Shown in pieces: positions 39,553 through 50,428 of a stretch of 64,000 nt of DNA. The stretch lies in the NCBI RefSeq assembly GCF_003334405.1, contig NZ_QOWM01000018.1; one strand, written 5' to 3'. Made by a program: the position numbers and the translations under genes. The DNA comes from Escherichia coli. GTDB taxonomy: Bacteria > Pseudomonadota > Gammaproteobacteria > Enterobacterales > Enterobacteriaceae. Within the stretch, counting starts at the first letter, position 1; each line of letters opens with the position of its first letter. The notes under the pieces were generated by a model that was given only the letters and a program-made list of their open reading frames with translations, was not told the origin of the DNA and did no database searches.

Positions 39553-39804
39553 ATGACCGGCTGGGAACTGCGAATCTGGCGAAAAAGCATGCTCTGGTCA
39601 CGCGAAAAAGCGGCCAGAGAATTTGGCGTGACACAGAGAACATGGCACGCCTGGGAAAATGCGGATCAGGTGGATGTCACCGTCTGGAGGACCACCCAGG
39701 CACTTTCAGTCCGTGACCTGCTGCCTCACATGCAGGGGATGCGCAAGGCAGATATCATCAGGCGTCTGGAAAATGAACTGGGGGAAACGGCAGAGGATGT
39801 GTGA
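39553..39804 (+). CDS. small helix-turn-helix (XRE/Cro-like) DNA-binding protein
   Basis: 83 aa; HTH-like segment WSREKAAREFGVTQRTWHAWENA; only plus-strand gene in the leading region. Confidence 0.55.
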   Translation: MTGWELRIWRKSMLWSREKAAREFGVTQRTWHAWENADQVDVTVWRTTQALSVRDLLPHMQGMRKADIIRRLENELGETAEDV

Positions 39805-39834
39805 GCGTGATTCACAGCCTGGCTGAATGCCAGG

Positions 39835-39993
39835 CTACTGCTCATCAGGAAACAGTTTTTTCAGTTCTTCACCGGAAAGTCCGGTCGCCTCCTGAATCCG
39901 TTCCGGCGGCCAGCCCATATCCCGCAGCCGGCAGGCTATTTCCCGCGCCACTTCAAGAGCGCCTTTTTGAATAAGACGTTCTGCAATCGTCAT
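39835..39993 (-). CDS. free-standing RpnS-like small protein (homolog of Rpn C-terminal tail)
   Basis: 52 aa from ATG 39993: MTIAERLIQKGALEVAREIACRLRDMGWPPERIQEATGLSGEELKKLFPDEQ, parallels the last 61 aa of adjacent Rpn. Confidence 0.45.
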   Translation of the reverse strand: MTIAERLIQKGALEVAREIACRLRDMGWPPERIQEATGLSGEELKKLFPDEQ

Positions 39994-40055
39994 GCTGTTT
40001 GCTCTGCTCCTGCTGGCAAAAAAGCCCGGGATTTTGCCGGGCTTTGCGGTTCTCA

Positions 40056-40970
40056 TTAGTGAGTTATTTTCTTCAGTTCGTCATCGGAAAGTCCGGTAGC
40101 CTGCTTAATCTGCTCCGGCGTCATCCCCATTTTCTGAAGCTGGCACGCAATAGCCAGGGCTTTTTCAAGCGCTCCTTCCATGCGTCCTTCCATCCTGCCT
40201 TCCTGGCGACCTTTTTGCTCAAGACGTTCTGCGATAGTCATCAGTTTATCCTCATGCTGCGGCAGACGCTCAGCCAGCGCCCGCATAAATTCCGGTGATA
40301 CAGAGTCCCCTGCGTTAACGATGTAATGAATCAGAACACGCACCTGCTCGTCTGAAATTTCCACCATGACCTGCGGGAGTTTGTCCAGCAGCTCCATCAT
40401 GTCACGATGGCGGATATGCTTCATCAGCAGCGTCAGTGCGGCCATCCGGCGATGGTTCATGATTTCATTGTCATCAACGACAGTGATATCAACCAGCGGA
40501 AACGGCTTTGTGTATATTTTAGCCGCAAGTGCCGGATTCTCAAAACAGTCCAGCCAGTTCATGCTGTACGGATACGGGCTGCGCTCACCATGATAGAACA
40601 GCACCGGAATCACCAGTGGCAACGTTTTGTGCTGCTCCAGATGTCTCTGCATCGCCGCCACACTGTAACGTAACATGCGGAAAGGCATGTACAGATTTTC
40701 GGTGCTCTGGTGCTCGATGAGCGTATAAACATAGCCATCTTCACCCCCGGTGGTTTTCACGCTCCAGAGGATATCGCTGGCGTACTGATGCAGGTCCGGC
40801 TCAACAAAGGTGGCGGGTTCCAGCTTCAGCGTGGACAGGTCGCACAACTGCCGGTACTCCGCCGGAAGATGCAGTTCCAGAAAATCTCTGGCGACGTCGG
40901 GATTCGCCAGGAACGACCGGAACGCGGCATCGTGCGGCGTGGGCGTTGTGGTGTTTTTCTTCTTACTCAC
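40056..40970 (-). CDS. Rpn-family (YhgA-like, PD-(D/E)xK) recombination-promoting nuclease
   Basis: 304 aa from GTG 40970 with AGGAGG RBS; motifs DGYVYTLIEHQSTEN, in-frame internal Met MTIAERLEQKG 61 aa from the end. Confidence 0.65.
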   Translation of the reverse strand: MSKKKNTTTPTPHDAAFRSFLANPDVARDFLELHLPAEYRQLCDLSTLKLEPATFVEPDLHQYASDILWSVKTTGGEDGYVYTLIEHQSTENLYMPFRMLRYSVAAMQRHLEQHKTLPLVIPVLFYHGERSPYPYSMNWLDCFENPALAAKIYTKPFPLVDITVVDDNEIMNHRRMAALTLLMKHIRHRDMMELLDKLPQVMVEISDEQVRVLIHYIVNAGDSVSPEFMRALAERLPQHEDKLMTIAERLEQKGRQEGRMEGRMEGALEKALAIACQLQKMGMTPEQIKQATGLSDDELKKITH

Positions 40971-41034
40971 GGTTCCTCCTGGTGAGATGTCTGAACGTAT
41001 CCTGCCGCCTGCACAGGCAGACGGCAAGGGTTAA

Positions 41035-41301
41035 TCAGTGGCAGACCCGCTCAATTTCAAGCGCGCGGAGCAGGTGGCCCCATTCGCTGACTTTCATGGC
41101 GGGGATACGCACCCGCTTCTGCTCACTGCAGCGTCTGGCGATATGGCCGCTCATCGCCAGGACGTCCGGGTTAATCTCATCCTGTGCCAGCTCCTGACGT
41201 CTGAAGCGGGTATGGCGGTGCAGGGGTTTATTCTCCCGCAGGCACTCTTCACGCAGACGCTTTACATACTCGGCGGTTGCGAAGATAATTGATGGTCTCA
41301 T
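41035..41301 (-). CDS. hypothetical leading-region protein
   Basis: 88 aa, GGAGA RBS. Confidence 0.5.
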   Translation of the reverse strand: MRPSIIFATAEYVKRLREECLRENKPLHRHTRFRRQELAQDEINPDVLAMSGHIARRCSEQKRVRIPAMKVSEWGHLLRALEIERVCH

Positions 41302-41394
41302 GGCATAATCTCCATAGATAGTGATTGAGATGCCGGACTTCCTGGCGGGGAAGCGCCGGCGGAGAGAGGCAGGGTTTATCGCCCTGCCTCTTTT

Positions 41395-41829
41395 TCATTT
41401 CGGACAGCGACGCAGTGCCAGCGCGAGCGCTTTCATCTTCCAGCCTTCCGGCGTGCGGTACATCACCTTCCAGTAGCCGTCGATGAACACATAATGGAAG
41501 CGCACCTCTTCAGTGCTTTCAGTGGCAATAGCTTCCCTGAAAGAACGGTACTCACGCGCCTCACTGTCCATCCGGAAACCACTGTCACGTCCGTAATAAG
41601 CCGTCACACCGTCCACCGGGTTCTGAAGCGTATGCCCGGCGGGTTTGTCGCAACGGGGACCGAGGCAACGGATATCACCGTGTTCAACCAGGGCTTCGGC
41701 CTGCTGACCGGTGGCATAGTGGGTATGCAGGATGCGACCGTTCCAGGTCGGCTCACCGTGCAGGTGGCAGTAAACGGTACGGAACACCCCGTCGCGGCAA
41801 AAAACGGAAATCGTGCTGCTGACAGTCAT
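41395..41829 (-). CDS. hypothetical leading-region protein
   Basis: 144 aa, AAGGAGA RBS, immediately 3' of repeat copy B. Confidence 0.55.
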   Translation of the reverse strand: MTVSSTISVFCRDGVFRTVYCHLHGEPTWNGRILHTHYATGQQAEALVEHGDIRCLGPRCDKPAGHTLQNPVDGVTAYYGRDSGFRMDSEAREYRSFREAIATESTEEVRFHYVFIDGYWKVMYRTPEGWKMKALALALRRCPK

Positions 41830-41879
41830 GAAAACGTCTCCTTCTGCTGAATCAGGTCGCCGGGCCGACCGGTTGCTCC

Positions 41880-42375
41880 CCGGAGGGGCGAAAGCCCCTT
41901 CTGCCGTCCACTTCTTCGGGGTTTCTCCCCGCAGTGGACCTTTCCGATGGGGCGTCCGTCACCACGTCACGGGGCAGCTGTCCGGGGGCGGACGCAAAAT
42001 TTTTTGCCGGGTTTATGGCTAAAAATTTTGTGGACGGTATATCTTCCCCTGGACTGCTGAAACGGGATGTGGTTACTCCAGCCCCCGGAAAGTCCACAGC
42101 GGGAAACAGGCCGCAGGGGTGGCGGCGGAAGGGTTGACTGCGCCATCAGGCGCAGTTGCCTTACACACCGTCAGGTGTGCAGGGAGCGCCGTTTCCGGCG
42201 CGACAGGGGCGGCGCGACCGGAACGGTCGCTGCAAGCCTGGTTTTTCAGACATCGGACCGTAGCGGCAGCCCGAAACCGCGCCAGCGGGTTCGGCGGAGA
42301 CTGGCGGGTGCGCCAGCAGCTGCCTGTCGGAGTCGGGCCTGACGACCGGATGCCGCCAGGCAGCCGGGAGCCGAA
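41880..42375. promoter_or_regulatory. structured repeat family 1, copy B (Frpo/ssi-like single-strand promoter candidate)
   Basis: ~500 bp, near-identical to 48225-48728; many internal hairpins (CTGCGCCATCAGGCGCAG, CACACCGTCAGGTGTG). Confidence 0.6.
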
Positions 42376-42557
42376 GGTGTCCCCGCCTCCGGAAATCAGA
42401 ACAACAGAAACGACATAACAGAAAAATGCCTCACACCATGACGGGCAGGAAGGGCAGCGCCGCAGGCGCGGCCCTCCTGCATTTCAGGCAGGCGTAAGCC
42501 TGCCAGGGTTTTCCGGCGGCCTGGCAGGCCATACCCCCGCCGGAGCGGGGGAGTAAA

Positions 42558-43058
42558 TCACCGACGGAACACATGACCGTCAATAAAGGTGAAGGAGTCC
42601 AGGAATAAATCCCGCGCATACGCCTCATAGTCAAAATAGAGCGCCACCGTCTCCGGCACGTCAGCCAGCAGGCCGGTATCACTGGCGAACTCAACCGCAA
42701 AAGCCTCCTCACTGTCAGCCTCGCCCCACCAGGCATCGCGGAAGGTGTCAAAATCCGTCTCACCGGTATCATCCACCCAGAGACGATAAGCCTCTTCGCA
42801 GCCTTCATCCCGCGCCTGGCGGAAGCCTTCAACCCAGGCCCAGTTGATATGACATTCAGAGGCCATATTCCCCGGGAATCCCTCATAATCCTGAAACATC
42901 AGTTCAGGATCGGCTTCATCCTGGTGAAGAGCACGGCAGGCGGCGAAAAAGTCGCGCTCATCATCAAACGTGGTCAGGTCAAACCAGCGGCCAGCGATGC
43001 TTCCACAGTTGTATTTGTGCCAGGTTCCAACGTATACAGCAGGGGCAACAACAGACAT
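42558..43058 (-). CDS. ardA: antirestriction protein ArdA (DNA mimic)
   Basis: 166 aa from ATG 43058: [34 protein letters not shown], very acidic. Confidence 0.8.
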   Translation of the reverse strand: MSVVAPAVYVGTWHKYNCGSIAGRWFDLTTFDDERDFFAACRALHQDEADPELMFQDYEGFPGNMASECHINWAWVEGFRQARDEGCEEAYRLWVDDTGETDFDTFRDAWWGEADSEEAFAVEFASDTGLLADVPETVALYFDYEAYARDLFLDSFTFIDGHVFRR

Positions 43059-43085
43059 TCCCGAATCCTCCATAGTCACATGTTC

Positions 43086-43396
43086 TGCGACACCGGGCGG
43101 TGCCGTGCCTCCATAAAAGCCGGGCGATAAGGCGGGGATGCACAGGGCGCAAGGGAAGCCGCAGCCTGACGCACACGGCTGGCGGGAGTTGGAGGGTGAG
43201 ACCGCGAAATCTGAGCGGGTGAACGACCGGAAAATCACGGCAGACGGGAAGGAGGGACCGGGTGACCGCAGCGGCGAAGCGTACCCTTGCATCCCTGCCA
43301 GCCCGGCTAAGATGGAGGCACGGCACAGCCCGCACACGATACGGCGGCCACAGAGCTGAAAACCCACAAGGCCATGCCCCGCATGGCCGGGTAAAA
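43086..43396. repeat. structured repeat family 2, copy 1 (~310 bp, identical to 50040-50349)
   Basis: direct comparison of the two stretches; immediately 5' of ardA. Confidence 0.7.
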
Positions 43397-43520
43397 GCGG
43401 AGCCGCCGGCGACTTCCTTATTCCGGCGAGTGCAGAGGACACGCCGCATGACCTCCAGACCACCCCTGATATGAAACGATCATGATCGGCGTGTCCCTGC
43501 GTAAAATATACATGCCTGGT

Positions 43521-44117
43521 TCACCGGAGAATATCTGTGATATCCACAAGTTTTCTGTCGCGCAGCCAGTCCTGCGCTTCACGCACCACACAACTGTCCG
43601 GTTTCACCGCTTTCAGCGATGATGCCAGTCGCTTGATCAACATCACCAGTTCCCGTGTCTGTATGTCCGGCATTGTCTCCGGCGGAGCAGGGGGACTCTC
43701 ATTTCCGACGCTCATCCCATGCGCTTCCAGTGTGGCACGGACAAACCAGGCGGCATCGACCAGTTGCTGGCGAATCCAGGCCAGATCGGTATTTCTGTCA
43801 CGGGCTGCCATTCGCTCGCCCGACAGCGCCTTGCTGATATGGCTGCGCACCAGATTATCCAGGAGTGCCTGCGCTTCTTCCGGTGAAAAGCCACCTGGTA
43901 TCTCTGTGCGCAACAGCCCTTTCCTGTACAGAAGCTGCAGCAGATCAACCTGCGACCGCACAGCAACTATCAGTACATAACGGACAACATTCGCACTGGC
44001 AGTGGTTTCTGTATCATTCAGCAGTTCTTCCGAATCGTTCCCCCCGGTGTTGCAGAGCAACGGCAACAGAGGTCGCATCCACGCGGGAACCTGGTATTTT
44101 TCGTCTGATTTCATCAT
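43521..44117 (-). CDS. hypothetical leading-region protein
   Basis: 198 aa from ATG 44117, ATGA overlap with psiA stop. Confidence 0.55.
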   Translation of the reverse strand: MMKSDEKYQVPAWMRPLLPLLCNTGGNDSEELLNDTETTASANVVRYVLIVAVRSQVDLLQLLYRKGLLRTEIPGGFSPEEAQALLDNLVRSHISKALSGERMAARDRNTDLAWIRQQLVDAAWFVRATLEAHGMSVGNESPPAPPETMPDIQTRELVMLIKRLASSLKAVKPDSCVVREAQDWLRDRKLVDITDILR

Positions 44118-44833
44118 ATTACGTTCTCCAGCTTGTTCGGGATCATCCACTGCTCAAGTGCACGTACCTGTACCGGTGCACCACGACCGGCCTCACCGGC
44201 TTCAAAAATCAGCCGCCAGAGTGGTTCCTCCTGCCAGAAAAACCGGTCAAATGATGACAGTGATGGAAAACGCCCGCACCACCCCCAGAAAATCGTTTCC
44301 AGATCATGCTCCTCAACAACACCAGACCAGCGGGACAACCAGCTTCCGACCGTGGCGGGAGTATGAAACGCAAGGTCAATCTGCGCCTGAGCAAAACATG
44401 TCTGGTATTCCAGTTCCCGTCGTTCTGCCTCACGTTCCCGCTGGCGGCTGTATTTCTGCTCTGTCAGCGTGGTTTTCTGACGACGACGCTCACCTTCACG
44501 AAAAGGCACGGACGGGAACAGACGGTGCCCCGCATCGGATGGCAGGGGAAGAACACAGACTTCACCAAAACTTTCAATCAGTTTATCCACGGCAGCCAGC
44601 CACAGGAGACGGTTGCCATGAAATTCCTCCTTCGTCAGCGCAGGGGCAAAAAAGCGGAGATCGGTCAGCGAAATCCGGCGACTGCCATTCAGGCAGCGAA
44701 AGAAAGCGGTGGCATAAGGCCATGCTGAAAGTGTGCGTCCCTGACGACGACGTTGTTCTGTGACAGCCACCGCCTGCATGGCGGCCTGTTGTTCTGCGCT
44801 GAGGGGGATCAGTGCCCGTGAACGTGCGCTCAT
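44114..44833 (-). CDS. psiA: plasmid SOS-inhibition protein PsiA
   Basis: 239 aa, [18 protein letters not shown], overlaps psiB stop. Confidence 0.8.
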   Translation of the reverse strand: MSARSRALIPLSAEQQAAMQAVAVTEQRRRQGRTLSAWPYATAFFRCLNGSRRISLTDLRFFAPALTKEEFHGNRLLWLAAVDKLIESFGEVCVLPLPSDAGHRLFPSVPFREGERRRQKTTLTEQKYSRQREREAERRELEYQTCFAQAQIDLAFHTPATVGSWLSRWSGVVEEHDLETIFWGWCGRFPSLSSFDRFFWQEEPLWRLIFEAGEAGRGAPVQVRALEQWMIPNKLENVI

Positions 44834-45267
44834 GCCTGACCTCCTTCTGCCATCAGGATATGAATGATGTCGTTAACACTGTATCCCTGCGCATCCAGTG
44901 TCGCGGCAAGCGCCAGCGTGTGACTGATAGCGACAGGCGTGAAGATATGTTGCACCTGAACGACGGCGAAAGGCTGTCCACCACCATTCACCAGAACCAG
45001 CATCCAGAGCTGAGAGACCTCTCCCGGCGAACATAATGCCAGGTGGAAACGTTCGTGGGCTGGCGTGAAACGAACCTGGACGGGGAAAAAGCCCCCGAAC
45101 TCGCTGCCATACTCCCCGTTCATCATCCAGTTAGCCGGTGCGTCCACTTCACGCATCACCTCGTGAGTGAGATTACGGCGCATATCGCTTCCCGCAGCAC
45201 GGATATCTTCATATTCCTGTGCGTTCATGGACTGCAGGGCATTCAGGGTCAGTTCAGTTTTCATCAC
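44830..45267 (-). CDS. psiB: plasmid SOS-inhibition protein PsiB
   Basis: 145 aa, [28 protein letters not shown]. Confidence 0.85.
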   Translation of the reverse strand: MMKTELTLNALQSMNAQEYEDIRAAGSDMRRNLTHEVMREVDAPANWMMNGEYGSEFGGFFPVQVRFTPAHERFHLALCSPGEVSQLWMLVLVNGGGQPFAVVQVQHIFTPVAISHTLALAATLDAQGYSVNDIIHILMAEGGQA

Positions 45268-45318
45268 GGTATCTCCCTTGCTGCCGCCCCGTCTCCGGCG
45301 GGGCGGTGTGGTTGTTCA

Positions 45319-47277
45319 TCAGGCGGCATCAGCCAGGTTAGCGGTGTGTTCAGTGGCATCCGTCTGTGGACGTGGCGCACACATCCAGCCAGGCACCCAG
45401 CGGTTGTCTTTCATATGGAACTCTGCATGTTCAGCCGCATCGCCTTTCTTCATTTTCTCCGCGTCCCGTGCGGCACCGGACAGTCCGGCCTCATTCAGGG
45501 CTGCGATAATCTGCGGCTTTTTCAGGTGTCCGAAGAAGTTTGCTTTTGTCGGCTGCCACCAGTCGCGCATGTGAAAACCGATGGCGCTCTCCAGCGTGTC
45601 CAGCGGGCTGCGTGACGTGTGACCACACTCACGGGTCTGGACACCGTTAAGGCTGCACGCGGTGCAGAAACTGAGCAGGGATAACAGCACCTCCTGACTG
45701 AGTGACAGGAACGTCGTCATGTCCCGTGACCATCCCTCCGGTAACAGGGCCGCAAGACGGGCTTTTTCTGCCATCATCGACAGGAATGCGGCACCTTCCT
45801 TCCCTGACGGCGCATCGCTGGTCAGCGAATAATGTTTACATTCCAGGCTGATTTGTGCTGGTTTACTGTACGCTCCGCTGCCAAACACATTCAGGCAGAG
45901 CGTCCACGCCAGCAGTGCCAGAGATTTGTCCGGTTGCTGCATCAGTGCCGCCTGGACTGCCAGCGTGCGTTCGGAAGACATTTTCGTCAGCAGTGGCAGA
46001 CTGATTTCCTCCACTGATGCTTTCTCCTGCACCTGTTCCGTGCGGTCAGCGTCGTCAGCAGCGTCATCTTCACTGCGCAACTGCACACCACGCTGGACAC
46101 ACACATTACCGTAACGCCAGGACACCACCACACCGCTTCCGGCACGCATCTCCGGCGTCCACGCCCTGACCTTCGCCATGCAGCGCATCAGCTTCATTTC
46201 TGCTTCCAGCAGGTCGGATTCCTCACACTGGTTTTCCAGCGCGTCGTAACGCGTCATCAGTTCGTTCAGGCGTTCTTCTTCCGCCTCCGTCAGCACCGCT
46301 TCCGGCTCCGGCAGACAGCGGTATGTTCCGGCATCCTCACGGCACTCACCGACAGGCTCCATGCGCCCGGCGCACCATTCCCAGCCTTCGGCTTCCCGAA
46401 GGTGTTCAGCGACAGCCTGGAGTTTTTCCAGCAGGGCAGCATCGAGTGCCACGCAGTCCACATAGCCACCCTCGTCGTCGCTGAACAAATCGGTGCGCAG
46501 TTCATCTGGCGAGAAGGCATCAGCCCCCACGAAGCGGAATTTACTGTTCCCTGCCACCGCCACTTCACTTTCGGTCACCAGACGACGAATGGTCTGCACT
46601 TCCGGTTTACCGCCCCATCCCGACTGACAGGCGGCTTCAAACACCTGCACCTGACGCGCGGTGTCGTTCTCCAGCGCCAGCGCTTGACAGTGTTCGGTGG
46701 TGATGCGGTCTTCTGCCAGCGCATCGAGGATGACAGGCGCAAGGTCTGCCAGTTTCAGCATTCGCTGAACGTGGCGGGGTGAATAGCCCAGCAGGTCGCC
46801 AATCTGCGCAGATGTTTTGCCTTCCTGCGCCAATGCGCGGAATCCGGCAATCTGTTCGGCAGGGTGCATATCCCGACGATGACCGTTCTCGGTCATCGAT
46901 GCGGCAGTCGCCAGTTCCTGCGGGATGACCTTCACACGGACAGGCCAGTCAGCCGGAAGGATGTTGCGCTCTGCCAGCATGTTGAGTGCAGCCAGTCGGC
47001 GACCACCTGCGGCGACACCGTAACGGTCACCAGGCAGGGTATGCACGACCAGATTCTGCAACAGGCCAACGCCCTTAATGGACTCAGCCAGTTCGCTGAC
47101 GGACTCCACAGAATACGGCACCGTGCGCACATTCAGCGGTGATTTAATCAGTGAGGCCAGCGGCACGCTCACTTCCTCCGTCTGCGCCAGCAGGGCAGAC
47201 AGGGCAGTTTCCTGCGTTTTTGCAGATTTACGGCTTGCTTTGCGGGTGGTTTCTGGTTCACACTTCGTTACAGGCAT
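45319..47277 (-). CDS. ParB-like nuclease-domain protein of leading region
   Basis: 652 aa from ATG 47277; ParB N-domain motif VAAGGRRLAALNMLAE. Confidence 0.65.
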   Translation of the reverse strand: MPVTKCEPETTRKASRKSAKTQETALSALLAQTEEVSVPLASLIKSPLNVRTVPYSVESVSELAESIKGVGLLQNLVVHTLPGDRYGVAAGGRRLAALNMLAERNILPADWPVRVKVIPQELATAASMTENGHRRDMHPAEQIAGFRALAQEGKTSAQIGDLLGYSPRHVQRMLKLADLAPVILDALAEDRITTEHCQALALENDTARQVQVFEAACQSGWGGKPEVQTIRRLVTESEVAVAGNSKFRFVGADAFSPDELRTDLFSDDEGGYVDCVALDAALLEKLQAVAEHLREAEGWEWCAGRMEPVGECREDAGTYRCLPEPEAVLTEAEEERLNELMTRYDALENQCEESDLLEAEMKLMRCMAKVRAWTPEMRAGSGVVVSWRYGNVCVQRGVQLRSEDDAADDADRTEQVQEKASVEEISLPLLTKMSSERTLAVQAALMQQPDKSLALLAWTLCLNVFGSGAYSKPAQISLECKHYSLTSDAPSGKEGAAFLSMMAEKARLAALLPEGWSRDMTTFLSLSQEVLLSLLSFCTACSLNGVQTRECGHTSRSPLDTLESAIGFHMRDWWQPTKANFFGHLKKPQIIAALNEAGLSGAARDAEKMKKGDAAEHAEFHMKDNRWVPGWMCAPRPQTDATEHTANLADAA

Positions 47278-47335
47278 AATCATCCCCTTATAATTGCTTA
47301 TGTCCTGCCGGACGTTCGCGCGTCCGGCACCTCTC

Positions 47336-47608
<273 letters not shown>

Positions 47609-47626
47609 TTATCACAGTCAGGCCAG

Positions 47627-48157
47627 TCAGAACGGGATATCGTCTGAAAACCCGTAATCGTCACCCTCCGGCGGTTGCGGCTGAGGCTCCGGCTGCGCGG
47701 CCTTTCGTCCACGGCCTTTCGTTTTCGCGCCACCTTTTTTCGTGGCAGCCTCCGGCTGAGGCTGACCGCTGAACTGTGGTGTGCCGTCCGGCTGAGTCTG
47801 AGTTCCTGCGGCACGTCCCAGCATCTGCATGGTGCCCGTGGTTTTAACAAGGATTTCGGTGACGTAGCGGGTGACACCGTTGTTGTCCTCCCAGCTACGG
47901 GTGCGAAGCTGGCCTTCGATGTAGACCTGCGCGCCCTTGCGCAGATATTCACCGGCCACTTCCGCGAGCTTGTCGAACAGCACCACGCGGTGCCATTCCG
48001 TCAGTTCCTTAATTTCTCCCGTCTGTTTGTCGCGCCAGCTTTCTGACGTGGCCACCTGCAGGTTTGCCACTGCGCCCCCGTTGGGGATGTAACGGACTTC
48101 CGGATCATTGCCCAGACGCCCGACGAGGATGACCTTGTTGATACCACGTGCACTCAT
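47627..48157 (-). CDS. ssb: plasmid single-stranded DNA-binding protein
   Basis: 176 aa; OB-fold N-terminus [23 protein letters not shown], Gly/Pro/Gln-rich linker, acidic tail DDIPF. Confidence 0.9.
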   Translation of the reverse strand: MSARGINKVILVGRLGNDPEVRYIPNGGAVANLQVATSESWRDKQTGEIKELTEWHRVVLFDKLAEVAGEYLRKGAQVYIEGQLRTRSWEDNNGVTRYVTEILVKTTGTMQMLGRAAGTQTQPDGTPQFSGQPQPEAATKKGGAKTKGRGRKAAQPEPQPQPPEGDDYGFSDDIPF

Positions 48158-48224
48158 AAGAACCTCCTGACTGAAAGATGTGAGATAAACCGGATACCGG
48201 CGACGGGACGTTCATGTGCCCCTT

Positions 48225-48728
48225 CAGAGGAGCGAAAGCTCCTCCTGCCGTCCACTTCACAGGGGTTTCTCCCCGCAGTGGACCTTTCCGATGGGGGCCC
48301 GTTTACCGCCTCACGGGACAGCTGTCCGGGGGCGGACGCAAAATTTTTTGCCGGGTTCATGGCTAAAAATTTTGTGGCCGGTGCATCTCACCCTGGACAG
48401 ATGGAACGGGAGGGGGTTACGTCTGCCCCCCGGAAAGGTCCACAGCGGGGAAACAGGCCGCAGAGGTGGCGGCAGGAGGGAAGACTGCTGCGCCATCAGG
48501 CGCAGTTTCCTCACACACCGTCAGGTGTGCAGGGAGCGCAGGTTACGGCGCGACAGAGGCGGCGCGACCGGAACGGTCGCTGCAAGCCCGGGTTTTCACG
48601 CATCGGACCGTAGCGACAGCCCGAAACCGCGCCAGCGGGTTCGGCGGAGACTGGCGGGTGCGCAAGCAGCTGCCTGTCGGAGTCGGGCCTGACGACCGGA
48701 TGCCGCCAGGCAGCCGGGAGCCGAAGTG
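48225..48728. promoter_or_regulatory. structured repeat family 1, copy C (Frpo/ssi-like single-strand promoter candidate) 5' of ssb
   Basis: ~500 bp near-identical to copy B. Confidence 0.6.
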
Positions 48729-48928
48729 GGCGCAATAAAAGACAGCCAGAAACGGTGACAGTGTCACGGAATATCACACCTGTTCCTGGCATACAGTCAT
48801 ACACTACCTTCTGACCGGAAAGCCGGGCCGGCAGCGCCGCAGGCGCTGCACCCCGCGTTTCCGGCAGGCGTCAGCCTGCCAGGGGTTTTCGCGCGGGCTG
48901 ACAGGCGGCCTCCACCGCCTGCCCTGTA

Positions 48929-49120
48929 TCACCTGTTTCTGCTGCCCTGAAGGATATAGTGACCACCGAGGAAAACCGCCTGCTGATTCACCACAAAATC
49001 GCAGATTTCATCAACAATCTGCGCAGTGGTGAGCGGTTTCTGCCCCATTTCACGACGCCGCGCATTAATCACGGCTTTGTAATTGCGCAGAATTTCGCGG
49101 GTTTCTGTGCTGATATTCAT
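48929..49120 (-). CDS. hypothetical small protein
   Basis: 63-aa ORF overlapping stop of upstream gene. Confidence 0.4.
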   Translation of the reverse strand: MNISTETREILRNYKAVINARRREMGQKPLTTAQIVDEICDFVVNQQAVFLGGHYILQGSRNR

Positions 49121-49539
49121 GACATGTGCTCCCCGTCCAGCGCCTGTAACACAACGTCCATCGCTTCGCGTTCTTCCCTGACGAATGCGTCACCGTCGCC
49201 CCCGTTCTCACTCCCGACGGCATACAGGCGCTTCATTTCACTGCCTGCCAGCGCCACCACTTTTTCCAGCATCACCGCCGGGACTGTCACCTGACGGCTG
49301 ACGCGCTTTTCTTCCATCAGTTCACGAACAACGTCGTGAACAACGCTGACATCCGCACCATGCTCAAAGGCATCGTCCAGCCGCTGCATGACGGTTTCCA
49401 GCTCATCGTCTGACAGGTTCCAGTCCTGGGCTATGTGACGCACATCCCCACGGGTCAGCACCACGGCAAAAACGCATTCACTGTCCGGCACGTCTGTATC
49501 CAGCACTTCGCGGATAATTTCTTTAACAGTACAGTACAT
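49117..49539 (-). CDS. hypothetical leading-region protein (paralog of 51256-51705)
   Basis: 140 aa; shares MY.T.EI..E...LSD.E..TV..RL.D and RQV.VP pattern with the 149-aa ORF. Confidence 0.6.
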   Translation of the reverse strand: MYCTVKEIIREVLDTDVPDSECVFAVVLTRGDVRHIAQDWNLSDDELETVMQRLDDAFEHGADVSVVHDVVRELMEEKRVSRQVTVPAVMLEKVVALAGSEMKRLYAVGSENGGDGDAFVREEREAMDVVLQALDGEHMS

Positions 49540-49585
49540 TTTCTCGTCTCCTTTACAGGGGCGGCATTGCCGCCCCGTCCGTTAA

Positions 49586-50011
49586 TCAGTCCAGAGCCGC
49601 GTAAATCGCGTTGCATTCAGGGTGAAATTCGATGTGACGCCACAACTGCGCATCGCGCATCCGGTAAAGCTGGGTCAGTCCTGCATCACCGCTGTCGTGG
49701 TACAGCCACAACTGGCGGTTAATCACAAGGGAAGTCAGAATGATGCCGCAGGCATCAGCACTCACGGTACGGTCAAACCAGTTTGCACCGTTCACTATGT
49801 GGAAACGGTCGCCATCTGGCATCATGTAGCCGCCACCGTCCGGCAGGCGGATGAAGTGCCAGAATCCGCCTTCATATTCCGGCATCATTTGTTTCGCCAG
49901 CGCGTATACAGACGCTTCGGCATACAGAAAATCCTGGCCAAACAGGTAAGGCAGAAAAGACAAACGGTCGCACTCTTCAACGTTCAGAGTGACAGGTTTC
50001 GCATATTGCAT
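49586..50011 (-). CDS. KlcA/ArdB-family antirestriction protein
   Basis: 141 aa; family-like motifs [43 protein letters not shown]. Confidence 0.65.
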   Translation of the reverse strand: MQYAKPVTLNVEECDRLSFLPYLFGQDFLYAEASVYALAKQMMPEYEGGFWHFIRLPDGGGYMMPDGDRFHIVNGANWFDRTVSADACGIILTSLVINRQLWLYHDSGDAGLTQLYRMRDAQLWRHIEFHPECNAIYAALD

Positions 50012-50039
50012 GATGTTTTCCTCCGTTGTTCACATATTC

Positions 50040-50349
50040 CGCGACACCGGGCGGTGCCGTGCCTCCATAAAAGCCGGGCGATAAGGCGGGGATGCACAGG
50101 GCGCAAGGGAAGCCGCAGCCTGACGCACACGGCTGGCGGGAGTTGGAGGGTGAGACCGCGAAATCTGAGCGGGTGAACGACCGGAAAATCACGGCAGACG
50201 GGAAGGAGGGACCGGGTGACCGCAGCGGCGAAGCGTACCCTTGCATCCCTGCCAGCCCGGCTAAGATGGAGGCACGGCACAGCCCGCACACGATACGGCG
50301 GCCACAGAGCTGAAAACCCACAAGGCCATGCCCCGCATGGCCGGGTAAA
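50040..50349. repeat. structured repeat family 2, copy 2 (~310 bp, identical to 43086-43396)
   Basis: immediately 5' of the KlcA-like gene. Confidence 0.7.
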
Positions 50350-50428
50350 GCGGAGCCGGCGGCGACTTCCTTTGTGCTCTGTCCGGGGACCGGCAGGAAA
50401 AAGGCGGGAATTTACCCCGCCAGTGTCA

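Noticed and set aside
40056-40970. Insertion sequence/transposase
   Set aside because: The Rpn protein belongs to a transposase-like nuclease fold but there are no terminal inverted repeats or target-site duplications around it
42558-43463. 301-aa ORF as the ArdA gene
   Set aside because: The N-terminal 135 codons run through the 310-bp repeat; ArdA homology starts at MSVVAP (ATG 43058), giving the expected ~166-aa protein
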